Positions 50,744 through 59,479 of a stretch of 64,000 bases of DNA are shown here, one piece after another. Location: contig OY781964.1 in the NCBI GenBank assembly GCA_963677485.1, positions 1,440,001 through 1,504,000 of the forward strand, read 5' to 3'. A program made the position numbers and the translations under genes. The notes under the pieces were generated by a model. That model saw only the letters and a program-made list of their open reading frames with translations, was not told the DNA's origin and made no database searches. The stretch is from Armatimonadota bacterium (GTDB taxonomy: Bacteria > Armatimonadota > HRBIN16). The stretch's first letter is position 1. Every line of letters begins with the position of its first letter.

Positions 50744-51292
50744 TTAGTAGGGGTTATTCAGATCAATGGATTCCGCTATGCGCGGCCGTGGGATGGCTGC
50801 CTGCGGGTCGCTGAATAAATGGTTGAAGATATAGGCCTCGCCAAGCTTGTTGCTTAGGCTTGTTCTGCCTACTATACGCATGTCTGCGGTAAATTCCTTT
50901 GACATGTGAACCACGAGTATACCGCACTCGATGAGCTCTGCTACTTCGGGCTCATCCAAAGGTAAGCGCAGGGTGCCCTTATTGCGAAGCTTGAACTCGT
51001 GGATGATTGACACCTCTTCAGGCGTGAGCCGTTTCAGTTTCCGCTTGGCTGTAAATGTGTCTACCATAGCTTTTATTCTACTCCCTTTGCGGACATCTTC
51101 AAATATAGAATAACACGCAATTATGAACACTATCCATACGACGGCTATGGTGCTATTTAGGAATCGGCTTAGGGGGTGCTGCGGCAGCAGACCGCAAATG
51201 AGAATGAAGGTTCCGGTGGATGCTGCCATCACTACTTTGTGTTTGGACATCCACGGCAGTATTTTGCCAAGGTCCAAACCCGATACGCACAC
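50744..51292 (-). CDS. Superinfection exclusion B (SieB)-like membrane protein
   Basis: Two TM, then LTPEE...EF...TLRLP..EPEVAELIECGIL. Confidence 0.6.
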   Translation of the reverse strand: MCVSGLDLGKILPWMSKHKVVMAASTGTFILICGLLPQHPLSRFLNSTIAVVWIVFIIACYSIFEDVRKGSRIKAMVDTFTAKRKLKRLTPEEVSIIHEFKLRNKGTLRLPLDEPEVAELIECGILVVHMSKEFTADMRIVGRTSLSNKLGEAYIFNHLFSDPQAAIPRPRIAESIDLNNPY

Positions 51293-51948
51293 TATATTCC
51301 GCCCTTACCGCGGGTGAGTGCCACGCCGACGCCGATGACGCGGCAGCCTTCTGCGGGGATGGCGTATTCACCGGCGGCCTCGTTGTCTGGTGCGAAGAAG
51401 CGGCGGCCCTTAATCATGACCGATCGCTTGATCATGCGGTCACCAGTTTCAAGCACCTCTATTAACGCCACTTCTCCGGTACCACAGAAGGGCTGGCGCT
51501 TGATACCCAGGTAGTCGCCGCGGCAGACGCGGGGCTCCATGCAGACGCCGGTAATGTGCGCCACAAACTCGGCGCCGGTGTCTGCAGGGAAGCTGATGTA
51601 ACCATCGGGCTCATCTACGTCGGGGCTGCGTCCGTTGAGCGGATCGGCGGGGACATCCCAATATGGCAGCTTGACCATTTTGGGCACGCCCATGACATAT
51701 ATCTCGTTGCGGTTGTCGAAGGCGGCACAAGCCTGCTCAATGGATAGATCGCCGGTGAAATACCCCATGTCCACTCCTATAGATTTCGAGAACTGAGACA
51801 ACAGATCAATTGAGGGTAGTCGCTTGCCGTTTACCCAGTTGTTCAAAGTGCTATAGCCAATATCACTAGCTATTGCAGCCGCTCTCAGCGACCGAAACTT
51901 ACGGTATAGAGCAGCTAGTCTGATCCTCTCCCCGATTTCTGTATTCAT
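51292..51948 (-). CDS. CI-like repressor (XRE HTH plus S24-like domain)
   Basis: HTH STLNNWVNGKRLPS; GVCMEP...GD...IKR; divergent from cro. Confidence 0.85.
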   Translation of the reverse strand: MNTEIGERIRLAALYRKFRSLRAAAIASDIGYSTLNNWVNGKRLPSIDLLSQFSKSIGVDMGYFTGDLSIEQACAAFDNRNEIYVMGVPKMVKLPYWDVPADPLNGRSPDVDEPDGYISFPADTGAEFVAHITGVCMEPRVCRGDYLGIKRQPFCGTGEVALIEVLETGDRMIKRSVMIKGRRFFAPDNEAAGEYAIPAEGCRVIGVGVALTRGKGGI

Positions 51949-51983
51949 ATTAGTAATTTACTCCCAATATGGTGTTATTAGTA

Positions 51984-52011
51984 TTGACAATATATCTACG
52001 TTAGTGATAAT
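51984..52011 (+). promoter_or_regulatory. Early lytic promoter (PR-like)
   Basis: TTGACA-16-GATAAT upstream of cro. Confidence 0.65.
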
Positions 52012-52050
52012 CTAGTCCTGTAAGTAGTAATATTCAAACAAGGAGGGACC

Positions 52051-52254
52051 ATGAAGAGCCTGAAAGAGCTTCGAGAACAGCGAAACATGAGCCAGGTAGA
52101 GCTAAGTCAGCGTGCCGGGTGCAGCCCCACAACGATTTTACGGATTGAGAAATGGGGTCACCGCCCCCGTGTTGAGGTCTGCCAGCGCATTGTTACAGCT
52201 TTGGGGGTAAATGTAACGGACGTATGGGGGGAGGGAGCAGGAGATGGGAGATAG
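52051..52254 (+). CDS. Cro-like XRE HTH protein
   Basis: LKELREQRNMSQVELSQRAGCSPTTILRIE; RBS AAGGAGG. Confidence 0.85.
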   Translation: MKSLKELREQRNMSQVELSQRAGCSPTTILRIEKWGHRPRVEVCQRIVTALGVNVTDVWGEGAGDGR

Positions 52255-52271
52255 GAGTCAGGAGACAGGAG

Positions 52272-52844
52272 ATGACGGAGGAGACAGGAGTGAGGAGTGA
52301 GGAGTCAGGAGGGGAGGCGCCGCAGCCGTTGACCGTGTGGGTTTTCGACGTGCCGATGCAAAGCCACCTTAAGGTGGACGCACAGAGCGCGAGGGCGTAT
52401 GTGGCACTGCTGAGATCGACACACTATCATGTCTCAGATTTGACCGATGCCTGCATTAACACGCCGCGATACGGAGACAACCAATACTGCCTGCGGATGT
52501 TTCGACGCCCGGAAGATTTCGTAACGGGTTCCGAAACCTTCCTGGACTGCATTGTCTACGAAAAGCCTGCCGTTGATCCTGCCGCGCCCATCACCGTGAA
52601 GCAGATCGTGAGCGACTGGTTGCGCGGGAACGGGTTTGACGGTCTGTGCAGTGTGGACTGCGGTTATGATGCGTGCGGATGCACGGTGGATCACCTGGCC
52701 CCATGCGGAGGCGGATGCTGGCGCGGGAGCATCATGGACTGCCAGCCTGCGTTTGTGGATAGTGATGGGATGCTGTGGTCCACAAAGGCCGCGGCGGACG
52801 AAGCGAGCCAGGCACTTCATGGCGCGGATGAGGAACCCCAATGA
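52272..52844 (+). CDS. Hypothetical phage protein, Cys-rich C-terminus
   Basis: WL..NGFDGLC...CGC..DHLAPC. Confidence 0.6.
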   Translation: MTEETGVRSEESGGEAPQPLTVWVFDVPMQSHLKVDAQSARAYVALLRSTHYHVSDLTDACINTPRYGDNQYCLRMFRRPEDFVTGSETFLDCIVYEKPAVDPAAPITVKQIVSDWLRGNGFDGLCSVDCGYDACGCTVDHLAPCGGGCWRGSIMDCQPAFVDSDGMLWSTKAAADEASQALHGADEEPQ

Positions 52845-53275
52845 GCGTGTGGGTTTATGACGTGGTGAGTAAGAGCCACCGGAAGGTAGAGGCTGATAGC
52901 GTGGCGGAGTTTGTGGTCGGCCTTGAGAAGATGTATGAGCACGTGATGGATGATGCCCGTGAGTGCGAGAAATACGGTGAGAACCAGCGCAACCTGCTGG
53001 TATTTACCACCAACGACAGTTGGGCCCACATGAACCTGAGCGTTTACGAGAAGCATGAGCTGGGCGATGTGCGGGTGCTGTCTAAAGGCGAGGTTGAGGT
53101 AGTGGAGAAGCTGATGGGCGGTCCAACCGACGCCGGCGACTACATACTTGAGATCAACAACCACGCATACAAAATACCGATGGCTTCCATGCTGGAGCTG
53201 GCGGTTACAACCATCGCGCTTGACCGCGCGATCAAGGCGCTAGATGAGGAGAAATACCGATGCGCAATAAACTGA
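52841..53275 (+). CDS. Hypothetical phage protein
   Basis: ATGA coupling. Confidence 0.55.
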   Translation: MSVWVYDVVSKSHRKVEADSVAEFVVGLEKMYEHVMDDARECEKYGENQRNLLVFTTNDSWAHMNLSVYEKHELGDVRVLSKGEVEVVEKLMGGPTDAGDYILEINNHAYKIPMASMLELAVTTIALDRAIKALDEEKYRCAIN

Positions 53276-53414
53276 AGTCGCAATACCCCGGTCGGCCGCT
53301 GAGTGAGCGGATTGATGACTGGGTGTTCTCGGCGATAGTGGTGATGGCACCTGTGATTTTGTGGAACATCGCTTACTATGTGGGGCAGATGGCCGTGGAG
53401 AGGGTGGCAAGCAA

Positions 53415-53753
53415 GTGAGCGGAAAGATTGAGATCAAGCGGTATATCCCGGGATCGATAAACCAGGTGGATAACCAATGCATTCTGATCCATTGCGCGAT
53501 TGAGACCATGAGGGCATCATTCGTTTACACTGTTATCAAGTGCGATGACGTGTATATCAAGGAGCGGGGCTGTTTCGGTCCGCTGCTGGTAAGTAAGAGC
53601 CTGGCGCAGCACATGCAGTGGATGATGGACTTCCTGACGAAGCTGGAAGATGTGCGGGATTTCAGCATCACACTTTACAGCCCAACCGAGGATGAAAGCG
53701 GGGTTGTCGGCAATGTGTGGGCTGAATGGCAGAAGGGGAACCTCGATGAGTAG
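53415..53753 (+). CDS. Hypothetical phage protein
   Basis: GTG start with RBS. Confidence 0.45.
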   Translation: MSGKIEIKRYIPGSINQVDNQCILIHCAIETMRASFVYTVIKCDDVYIKERGCFGPLLVSKSLAQHMQWMMDFLTKLEDVRDFSITLYSPTEDESGVVGNVWAEWQKGNLDE

Positions 53754-53925
53754 CCAGAAGATAAGCGTGAAGGCGCAGGGCGATGCGCTACGGATCAAAG
53801 CCGCCCGGGAGCGTGTAGTGGATAGTGACGTGCTGCTGGATATGGAGCCGGCTGAAGAGATGGCTTTGAAGGTGCTTGAGGAAGTAGCGCAATGGCGAAT
53901 GCGGAAGGCGGCGGGCGATGAGTGA
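53746..53925 (+). CDS. Hypothetical phage protein
   Basis: Coupled ORF. Confidence 0.45.
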   Translation: MSSQKISVKAQGDALRIKAARERVVDSDVLLDMEPAEEMALKVLEEVAQWRMRKAAGDE

Positions 53926-54124
53926 ATTTAATACTGTCGACCAAGACACCATGATTTGCCCATACTGCGGTCATGACCTCGGACTGTTATTGGGTAGTGG
54001 AGGCTATGAGATTTGCAACAAGTGTGACAAGCCTTTCAAGGTTGATGTCATTATCACAAAACTAAATGAGCATTGGCCTCATGAATACAAAACCTCTACA
54101 GAGAAAATACTGGGGGTAATGTAA
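53918..54124 (+). CDS. Small Zn-ribbon protein
   Basis: CPYCG...CNKCDKPF. Confidence 0.55.
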   Translation: MSEFNTVDQDTMICPYCGHDLGLLLGSGGYEICNKCDKPFKVDVIITKLNEHWPHEYKTSTEKILGVM

Positions 54125-54372
54125 TGAGTGAGCAGACAACTGCCGCGATCTATCCGGACCCGCGGAACCCGAAGATACTGCTAAAGGTGCGCAGTGCAAT
54201 GGGCGGGAGCCCTTATATGGTGGGTCGGTGGAGTGTGGACCGCAACGACTGGGCGCGGCCTGCGAAGTTTGCGCCGATCGCGCCGTATGCCAGCCGCGAG
54301 GATTGCCAGAGGGCGCTGTACCGCTGGGCGCATTTGCGGGGAGTGAAGGCGATTGAGGAGGTGGTGGCGTGA
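54124..54372 (+). CDS. Hypothetical phage protein
   Basis: TAATG coupling. Confidence 0.5.
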   Translation: MSEQTTAAIYPDPRNPKILLKVRSAMGGSPYMVGRWSVDRNDWARPAKFAPIAPYASREDCQRALYRWAHLRGVKAIEEVVA

Positions 54373-55001
54373 GCGACAAAGTGATCCTATATGATAGCGA
54401 TGATGCGGCAGTTTACAGGACCGACATCAAAGGATGGGTGTCACATGACGGTCTGTATTTCGGAGAGAACGAAGATGGCGCAAGACGTCACAGCTTAACA
54501 CATGTTGAGTGTGAAAACTGCCACGAGCTAAAAGTGCGCGATTACAGTAGGTTCTACGATGCGTGTGCCAGGATATCGCTAATCAATAAGTGGAATGACA
54601 TGCTGAAGCGCGTATGGGATGGCGATACTCCTGTATTTGTGTTCGTCAGCCCAGAACAGACTGATGACGATTCGTTCACTATACCAGAGTGGTTTGACAG
54701 TGGCGATGATCTGTGTGATTACGTCTATGACCACGGAATTGACCCATCTGCCTTAATGTTGGTGCATAGCACTCCGATGAGCGTGCCCGCTATAACGTCA
54801 GATATTTTTGAAGGCTACACCCCGGACGACTGGGATGACCGCATGTTGCCTGATAGCGTGACTGAAGCCATGGATGCACTCAACGCAGCCATCGGTGAGA
54901 TGGGCAGTTTGGGGTTCGAAATGTCGAAATATGCAGTGGTGTTTAGCGATAGATTAATGGCCGAGTTCGAGAAGATCAAAAAGCAAACGCCTGAGAACTG
55001 A
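54369..55001 (+). CDS. Hypothetical phage protein
   Basis: 210-aa coupled ORF. Confidence 0.65.
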   Translation: MSDKVILYDSDDAAVYRTDIKGWVSHDGLYFGENEDGARRHSLTHVECENCHELKVRDYSRFYDACARISLINKWNDMLKRVWDGDTPVFVFVSPEQTDDDSFTIPEWFDSGDDLCDYVYDHGIDPSALMLVHSTPMSVPAITSDIFEGYTPDDWDDRMLPDSVTEAMDALNAAIGEMGSLGFEMSKYAVVFSDRLMAEFEKIKKQTPEN

Positions 55002-55075
55002 CATTCTCAGGCGATCTATTCGAGGTGGACGGTGTGGTAACTATCCACCTCCATTATACCCCCAGGAGGGAAACT

Positions 55076-55375
55076 ATGGAAGAAGTTAGGAGTAAGGAGT
55101 CAGGAGCAGATCGGACCGCTAACTGCCCACAGAGGGCGCTGGCGCTTGTTATCCAGGCATTTGATGATGGCGTTGAGCAGTATGGTGATGCCAATGACAT
55201 GGCTGCCGAAGAATTCTACGTTATGGCAGGATTGGCACTAGTAACATTGAACGAAATATCACCCAATACACCCAATCATGATCTGGCGGATCGATATGCC
55301 AAGGTGGCAGGTTGGTGTATGTGCTGCAGCGAGCTGTGCGCGCGGGCTGCGGAGATGGAGGCCGACCATGATTAA
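55076..55375 (+). CDS. Hypothetical phage protein
   Basis: RBS AGGAGG. Confidence 0.5.
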   Translation: MEEVRSKESGADRTANCPQRALALVIQAFDDGVEQYGDANDMAAEEFYVMAGLALVTLNEISPNTPNHDLADRYAKVAGWCMCCSELCARAAEMEADHD

Positions 55376-55598
55376 CCTTGAGACGGCGGATGCGGGCGAC
55401 CTGCTGCTTGAGCTGGTGCGGGTGAGAGCATCGCTGCACCGACTGCACTCAGAGCTTTGTGCGGAACAAGGCCGCGAGGCGGCGGTTTATGCCGCGATCG
55501 AAGCGAAGGCCCACAAATTGAATGACATCGTGCATAGCATGAGCAACCAGCCGCTTGAGACGGCGGTGGCGGGAGCTCGAAGGAGGTCGGCGAAGTGA
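55368..55598 (+). CDS. Hypothetical phage protein
   Basis: RBS GGAGG, coupled. Confidence 0.5.
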   Translation: MINLETADAGDLLLELVRVRASLHRLHSELCAEQGREAAVYAAIEAKAHKLNDIVHSMSNQPLETAVAGARRRSAK

Positions 55599-55728
55599 GT
55601 ATTTTTCATATTGGCATGCTGGCGGGCGACGTGATCGGGATGTTGATCGGCATCGCGGTGATGGCTTGTGTGAGCTTCAGCGCGATGGAGAGTGCCCGTG
55701 AGCGGTGGCTTGAGGAGGCGCGAAGGCG

Positions 55729-56049
55729 ATGATGGAGGAGAAAGGAGAGAGGAGTCAGGAGATAGGAGGGGAGCTTGAGCGAGCCATACAAAAGAACAAG
55801 GACGGGCGCGCCGAACGGCAGAACAATTTGATGATCTTAGCCTGCAAGCACATAAATACCATGATACGCCATGGCTACGATAGGGCTGAATTCGCGCGCA
55901 CGATCGGTAACGGCGCAGGATTGCCCGTTGATGAACTCATCAGATTAAGCCTGGAATCTGATGGTGCACACAATATCCAAATGCAGGCAACTAGAGACGC
56001 CTCACAACCCATGCAGCTGTCATTATTCGACATGGAGGCCACAAGATGA
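55729..56049 (+). CDS. Hypothetical phage protein
   Basis: Ends in QLSLF, a beta-clamp-binding-like motif. Confidence 0.5.
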   Translation: MMEEKGERSQEIGGELERAIQKNKDGRAERQNNLMILACKHINTMIRHGYDRAEFARTIGNGAGLPVDELIRLSLESDGAHNIQMQATRDASQPMQLSLFDMEATR

Positions 56050-56546
56050 CCAAGGAGCTTTTGAAGGCGCATGTGGCAGAGCTGATCAGTGAGTCGATGG
56101 CGGTGCGTGCGATGAATATGCAGCAGTATGGGATGGCTGCGGGGCTGGGCCACAGCACAGTGAGCAATTATGCCAGTGGCAAGAAGCTGCCAATGACAGA
56201 TTCTTGGTCGAAGCTGATGGCGATATTCCCAGAGCTGCCGGACCTGCGCGGGCATATCGCCGTAGCGAATCTGGAAGAGCGGCAGGAGCGATATGCCAGA
56301 AAGGCGTCGCGCCGGTCGGGCATCGAGTGCTACGACAGCAGCCTTTATGACATCATGCCGCAGGAACGGGACCGCGTGGTGCGGCGGGTGTTTGGGTGCC
56401 ACGCGCGACAGGTGGCGGGATATGATGATATCAGCATGTTCGTGCTGGTGCGGCTGAAGAAGACGCCGCTGGCGGAGTTGCGGCAGAACCGGATGCAGGT
56501 GCTCTGCAAGCTGTTTGCGGAGGCTCGCCATGCAGTGCAGCAATAA
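56046..56546 (+). CDS. XRE-like HTH protein
   Basis: AAGLGHSTVSNYASGKKLP. Confidence 0.6.
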   Translation: MTKELLKAHVAELISESMAVRAMNMQQYGMAAGLGHSTVSNYASGKKLPMTDSWSKLMAIFPELPDLRGHIAVANLEERQERYARKASRRSGIECYDSSLYDIMPQERDRVVRRVFGCHARQVAGYDDISMFVLVRLKKTPLAELRQNRMQVLCKLFAEARHAVQQ

Positions 56547-56738
56547 CCGGTGTGACCATTGCAAGCAGCAGCGGTTCAGTCTGCACCTGCTGAAGCAGGG
56601 GGCGTTCTGCCATTACTGCCTGGCGGACTTAGCACAATGCGAGCTCGATAGGCGTGAGCATCGCGAGGGTGGCCGGGTTCAAACCGCTGCCGGTTTGGGC
56701 GCAAGTACCGGCCACCGCAAGACGATTGGAGGGGCCAA

Positions 56739-56985
56739 GTGAGTAAGAAGCCATATCCGATAGTCGGGCTGCTTCCTGAGGTTGTTGATGACGATCCGGC
56801 TGATCTGCCGGACCTTCTGACGCTGGCGGAGGCGGCCAAGCAACTGAAGTGCAGCGCAAAGCACCTGCGTGATCATGTGGCGGCTGGAGGACCTTGCTCA
56901 TTATAAGATCGGGCGCGGCTATATGGTGGCCAGGTGCGACCTTGTGAATTGGGCGCGATCACGCAGGGTGGCCAACCATGCGTAG
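56739..56985 (+). pseudogene. xis: Excisionase (HTH_17) interrupted by a +1 frameshift at ~56889
   Basis: LLTLAEAAKQLKCSAKHLRDHVAAG continues as DLAHYKIGRGYMVARCDLVNW only after removing one G. Confidence 0.75.
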
Positions 56986-58048
56986 AGACAAACATGAGGG
57001 CAGCATTACGCGGATGCCGAATGGACGGTACCGCCTTCGGGTGATGATCTCTGGCAAGATATTCAGCCACACGGCGGATTCTAAAGTGGAGCTAAACAAG
57101 TGGCGGCGGGAACTGCTGATACAGATCGAGAGCGGCATCAAGCCTCACGCCACCAGGATGACAGTCACAGAGGCGTTTCATGAGTGGTTCGTGGATTATG
57201 CGCCGACGGTGCGGCGGTCCACATCCTGCAACATCGCCTCTGCGATCAAGATGTGGGAGCGGCTGATGCCGGGCATGAAGCTGACACACCTAAACAAGGG
57301 CATATTACAGCACGCGGTAGATGTTGGACTTGCCAGCGGATATTCAGCGCGAACACTGTCATGTCGGGCGACCATTCTGGGCATGATGTGCTCCTGGGCG
57401 GTTGAGAAGGGGTATATTCTGCGCAGCCCGAATGATGGGATACGGTTGCCTGCGACTCGCACTAAGGTGGATCGGAATGTGGTGGACTACGCGGAGAGGA
57501 TCATCGAGTATTTCGACGAGCAGCACGATGAGCTAATGGCCGCGCGGTGCAGGCTCCTGGTGTATACCGGCCTGCGGATTTCCGAGGCGTGTGGGCTGAA
57601 GTGGAGTGATGTGGATATGGACCGTCAGAGCATATCGGTCAGCCGGCAGGCCTACAAAGGCCGTATCAGCGTGCCTAAGACCCTGAGCAGCTATCGCACG
57701 ATCACGCTGCCCAACAGTGCTATTGGGGTGCTGGAGTATTTCCAGGCGCAGAGCAAGGGGCCTTATATCATCTCAACCACCGATAAGCCGTGCAGCGGGA
57801 ACAATGTTTCAAAAAACATATCCCGCGCTGGAAAGGCGTTGGGCTTTGAGTTCAAGTGTCATTGGTTCCGGCACGCTCACAGCAGCTTTTGTTTGCACCA
57901 CGGCGTGAACATCGCGGCCATCAGCGCGCGGTTAGGGCATGCCTCCATCAGCACCACGTTGAACATCTATTCTCACATGCTTCCAGGGGCCGATGACGCG
58001 GTTAGGGAGCTGTGGGCGGTCAAACATGTCGTTAAAAAAGTCGAATAG
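56978..58048 (+). CDS. int: Tyrosine integrase
   Basis: GSIT arm domain, YTGLRISE, PKT, HWFRH, LGH, IYSH. Confidence 0.95.
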   Translation: MRRDKHEGSITRMPNGRYRLRVMISGKIFSHTADSKVELNKWRRELLIQIESGIKPHATRMTVTEAFHEWFVDYAPTVRRSTSCNIASAIKMWERLMPGMKLTHLNKGILQHAVDVGLASGYSARTLSCRATILGMMCSWAVEKGYILRSPNDGIRLPATRTKVDRNVVDYAERIIEYFDEQHDELMAARCRLLVYTGLRISEACGLKWSDVDMDRQSISVSRQAYKGRISVPKTLSSYRTITLPNSAIGVLEYFQAQSKGPYIISTTDKPCSGNNVSKNISRAGKALGFEFKCHWFRHAHSSFCLHHGVNIAAISARLGHASISTTLNIYSHMLPGADDAVRELWAVKHVVKKVE

Positions 58049-58116
58049 ACTCAGAATTAGACTCAAGGGGGAAAATCTGATGAGATATCAGCACGTAAAG
58101 CGCGGAGCTAATCATA

Positions 58117-58129
58117 TTTTATATTATAC
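58117..58129. other. Candidate attR core
   Basis: TTTTATATTATAC; arm-like CTCAGAATTAGACTC at 58050-58064 (13/15 match to 27261-27275). Confidence 0.65.
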
Positions 58130-58218
58130 CCCGTAGAGGGTATCCCAGGCTGAGACACCCCCGTACGGAGCTATTCTATGCTACGATATAGTGGAATTAC
58201 CAACTGCGGAGGCACCCC

Positions 58219-59223
58219 ATGACATCTCGCGAACGCGTATACCGCACCTTGAACCATCAATCGGTGGACCGAACCCCCCGTGAGCTCTGGGCATTACCGG
58301 GCATCCCCATGTTTCACGCTGACGAGTTCGAGAAGGTGATGCAGGCCTGGCCATCGGATTTCGGTGGACCATGTGTGCGTTACGGCACCGCGCTGCGGGC
58401 GAAAGGCGAGCCTTGCCAGGTAGGCCATTACACCGATGAGTGGGGCTGCGGCTGGGAAGTGGGTGAGCCGGGCGTGGTGGGCGAGGTGAAACACTATCCC
58501 CTGGCGGAGTGGAGCAGTCTGGACAGCTACGAGCTGCCATGGGAACTGCTGAAAGAGGCTGACTTCAGTTTGGCTAACCGTAGTTGCGCGGAGAGCGATC
58601 TGTTCATGAAGGCTGGCACGCACACACGCCCCTTCGAACGGATGCAGTTCCTGCGCGGAACCCAAAACCTGATGATGGACCTGGCTTACGGCGAAAAAGA
58701 GATCTACCAACTACGTGACCGCCTGCATGAGTTCTTCTGCGCCGAAATGGAGATGTGGGCCAAGACCGATGTGGATGGCGTGAGCTTCATGGATGACTGG
58801 GGCAGCCAGATCTCACTGCTGATATCACCCGCCATGTGGAGGGAGTTCTTCAAGCCGCTCTACCGCGACTACTGCCAGATACTGAAGAGTGCGGGCAAAA
58901 AAGTGTTCTTCCACAGCGATGGTCATATTTCCAGCATCTACCCCGACCTGATCGAGATCGGTGTGGATGCGGTGAACTCGCAGTTGTTCTGCATGGACAT
59001 CGAAGAAGTAGCCCGGAAACACCGCGGCCAGATCACCTTCTGGGGCGAGATCGACCGGCAGAATATCCTGCCCTTCGGCAGCGTGGATGACGTGACGCAG
59101 GCAGTGCGCCGGGTTCGCAAGGCACTGGATAACGGTCAGGGCGGTGTGATCGCACAGTGCGAGTGGGGCAACGACACCCCGATGGAGAACGTGCTGGCCG
59201 TGTTCGAAGCCTGGATGGAGTAG
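58219..59223 (+). CDS. Uroporphyrinogen decarboxylase / MtaA-CmuA-like family protein
   Basis: MTSRERV, DEWG, FMDDWG, FHSDG, FWGEIDRQ. Confidence 0.85.
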   Translation: MTSRERVYRTLNHQSVDRTPRELWALPGIPMFHADEFEKVMQAWPSDFGGPCVRYGTALRAKGEPCQVGHYTDEWGCGWEVGEPGVVGEVKHYPLAEWSSLDSYELPWELLKEADFSLANRSCAESDLFMKAGTHTRPFERMQFLRGTQNLMMDLAYGEKEIYQLRDRLHEFFCAEMEMWAKTDVDGVSFMDDWGSQISLLISPAMWREFFKPLYRDYCQILKSAGKKVFFHSDGHISSIYPDLIEIGVDAVNSQLFCMDIEEVARKHRGQITFWGEIDRQNILPFGSVDDVTQAVRRVRKALDNGQGGVIAQCEWGNDTPMENVLAVFEAWME

Positions 59224-59479
59224 GGAATATCAATCCACAGATTACACAGATGACGCAGATGAGGATGAGACGACGACCGGGGCGGTTTGGCGGTTAATCT
59301 ACCCTGTCCTACTCGTCCTGCTCATCCAACACGTCCTATTTGAGGCTCTAGAACCACAAAGTGACACGAATGCGGAACTGTCTCACGCGAAGAGGGATAT
59401 CGACCGGTGCGGTTATCCCTTTTCCGATCTGTTCTAGCCTACCAGGGGCAACCGGCCGATTGCCCCTTCTCCTCTTCTC

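Larger units (their letters stand above)
27155..58129. mobile_element. HK97-like siphoviral prophage (~31 kb)
   Basis: Rep, HNH, TerS/TerL, portal, protease, capsid, tail, lysis, cI/cro and integrase genes; 13-bp direct repeat TTTTATATTATAC at both ends. Confidence 0.9.

Noticed and set aside
58049-58218. tRNA or tmRNA integration target
   Set aside because: No cloverleaf or TTC-loop/CCA signature visible at either prophage end.
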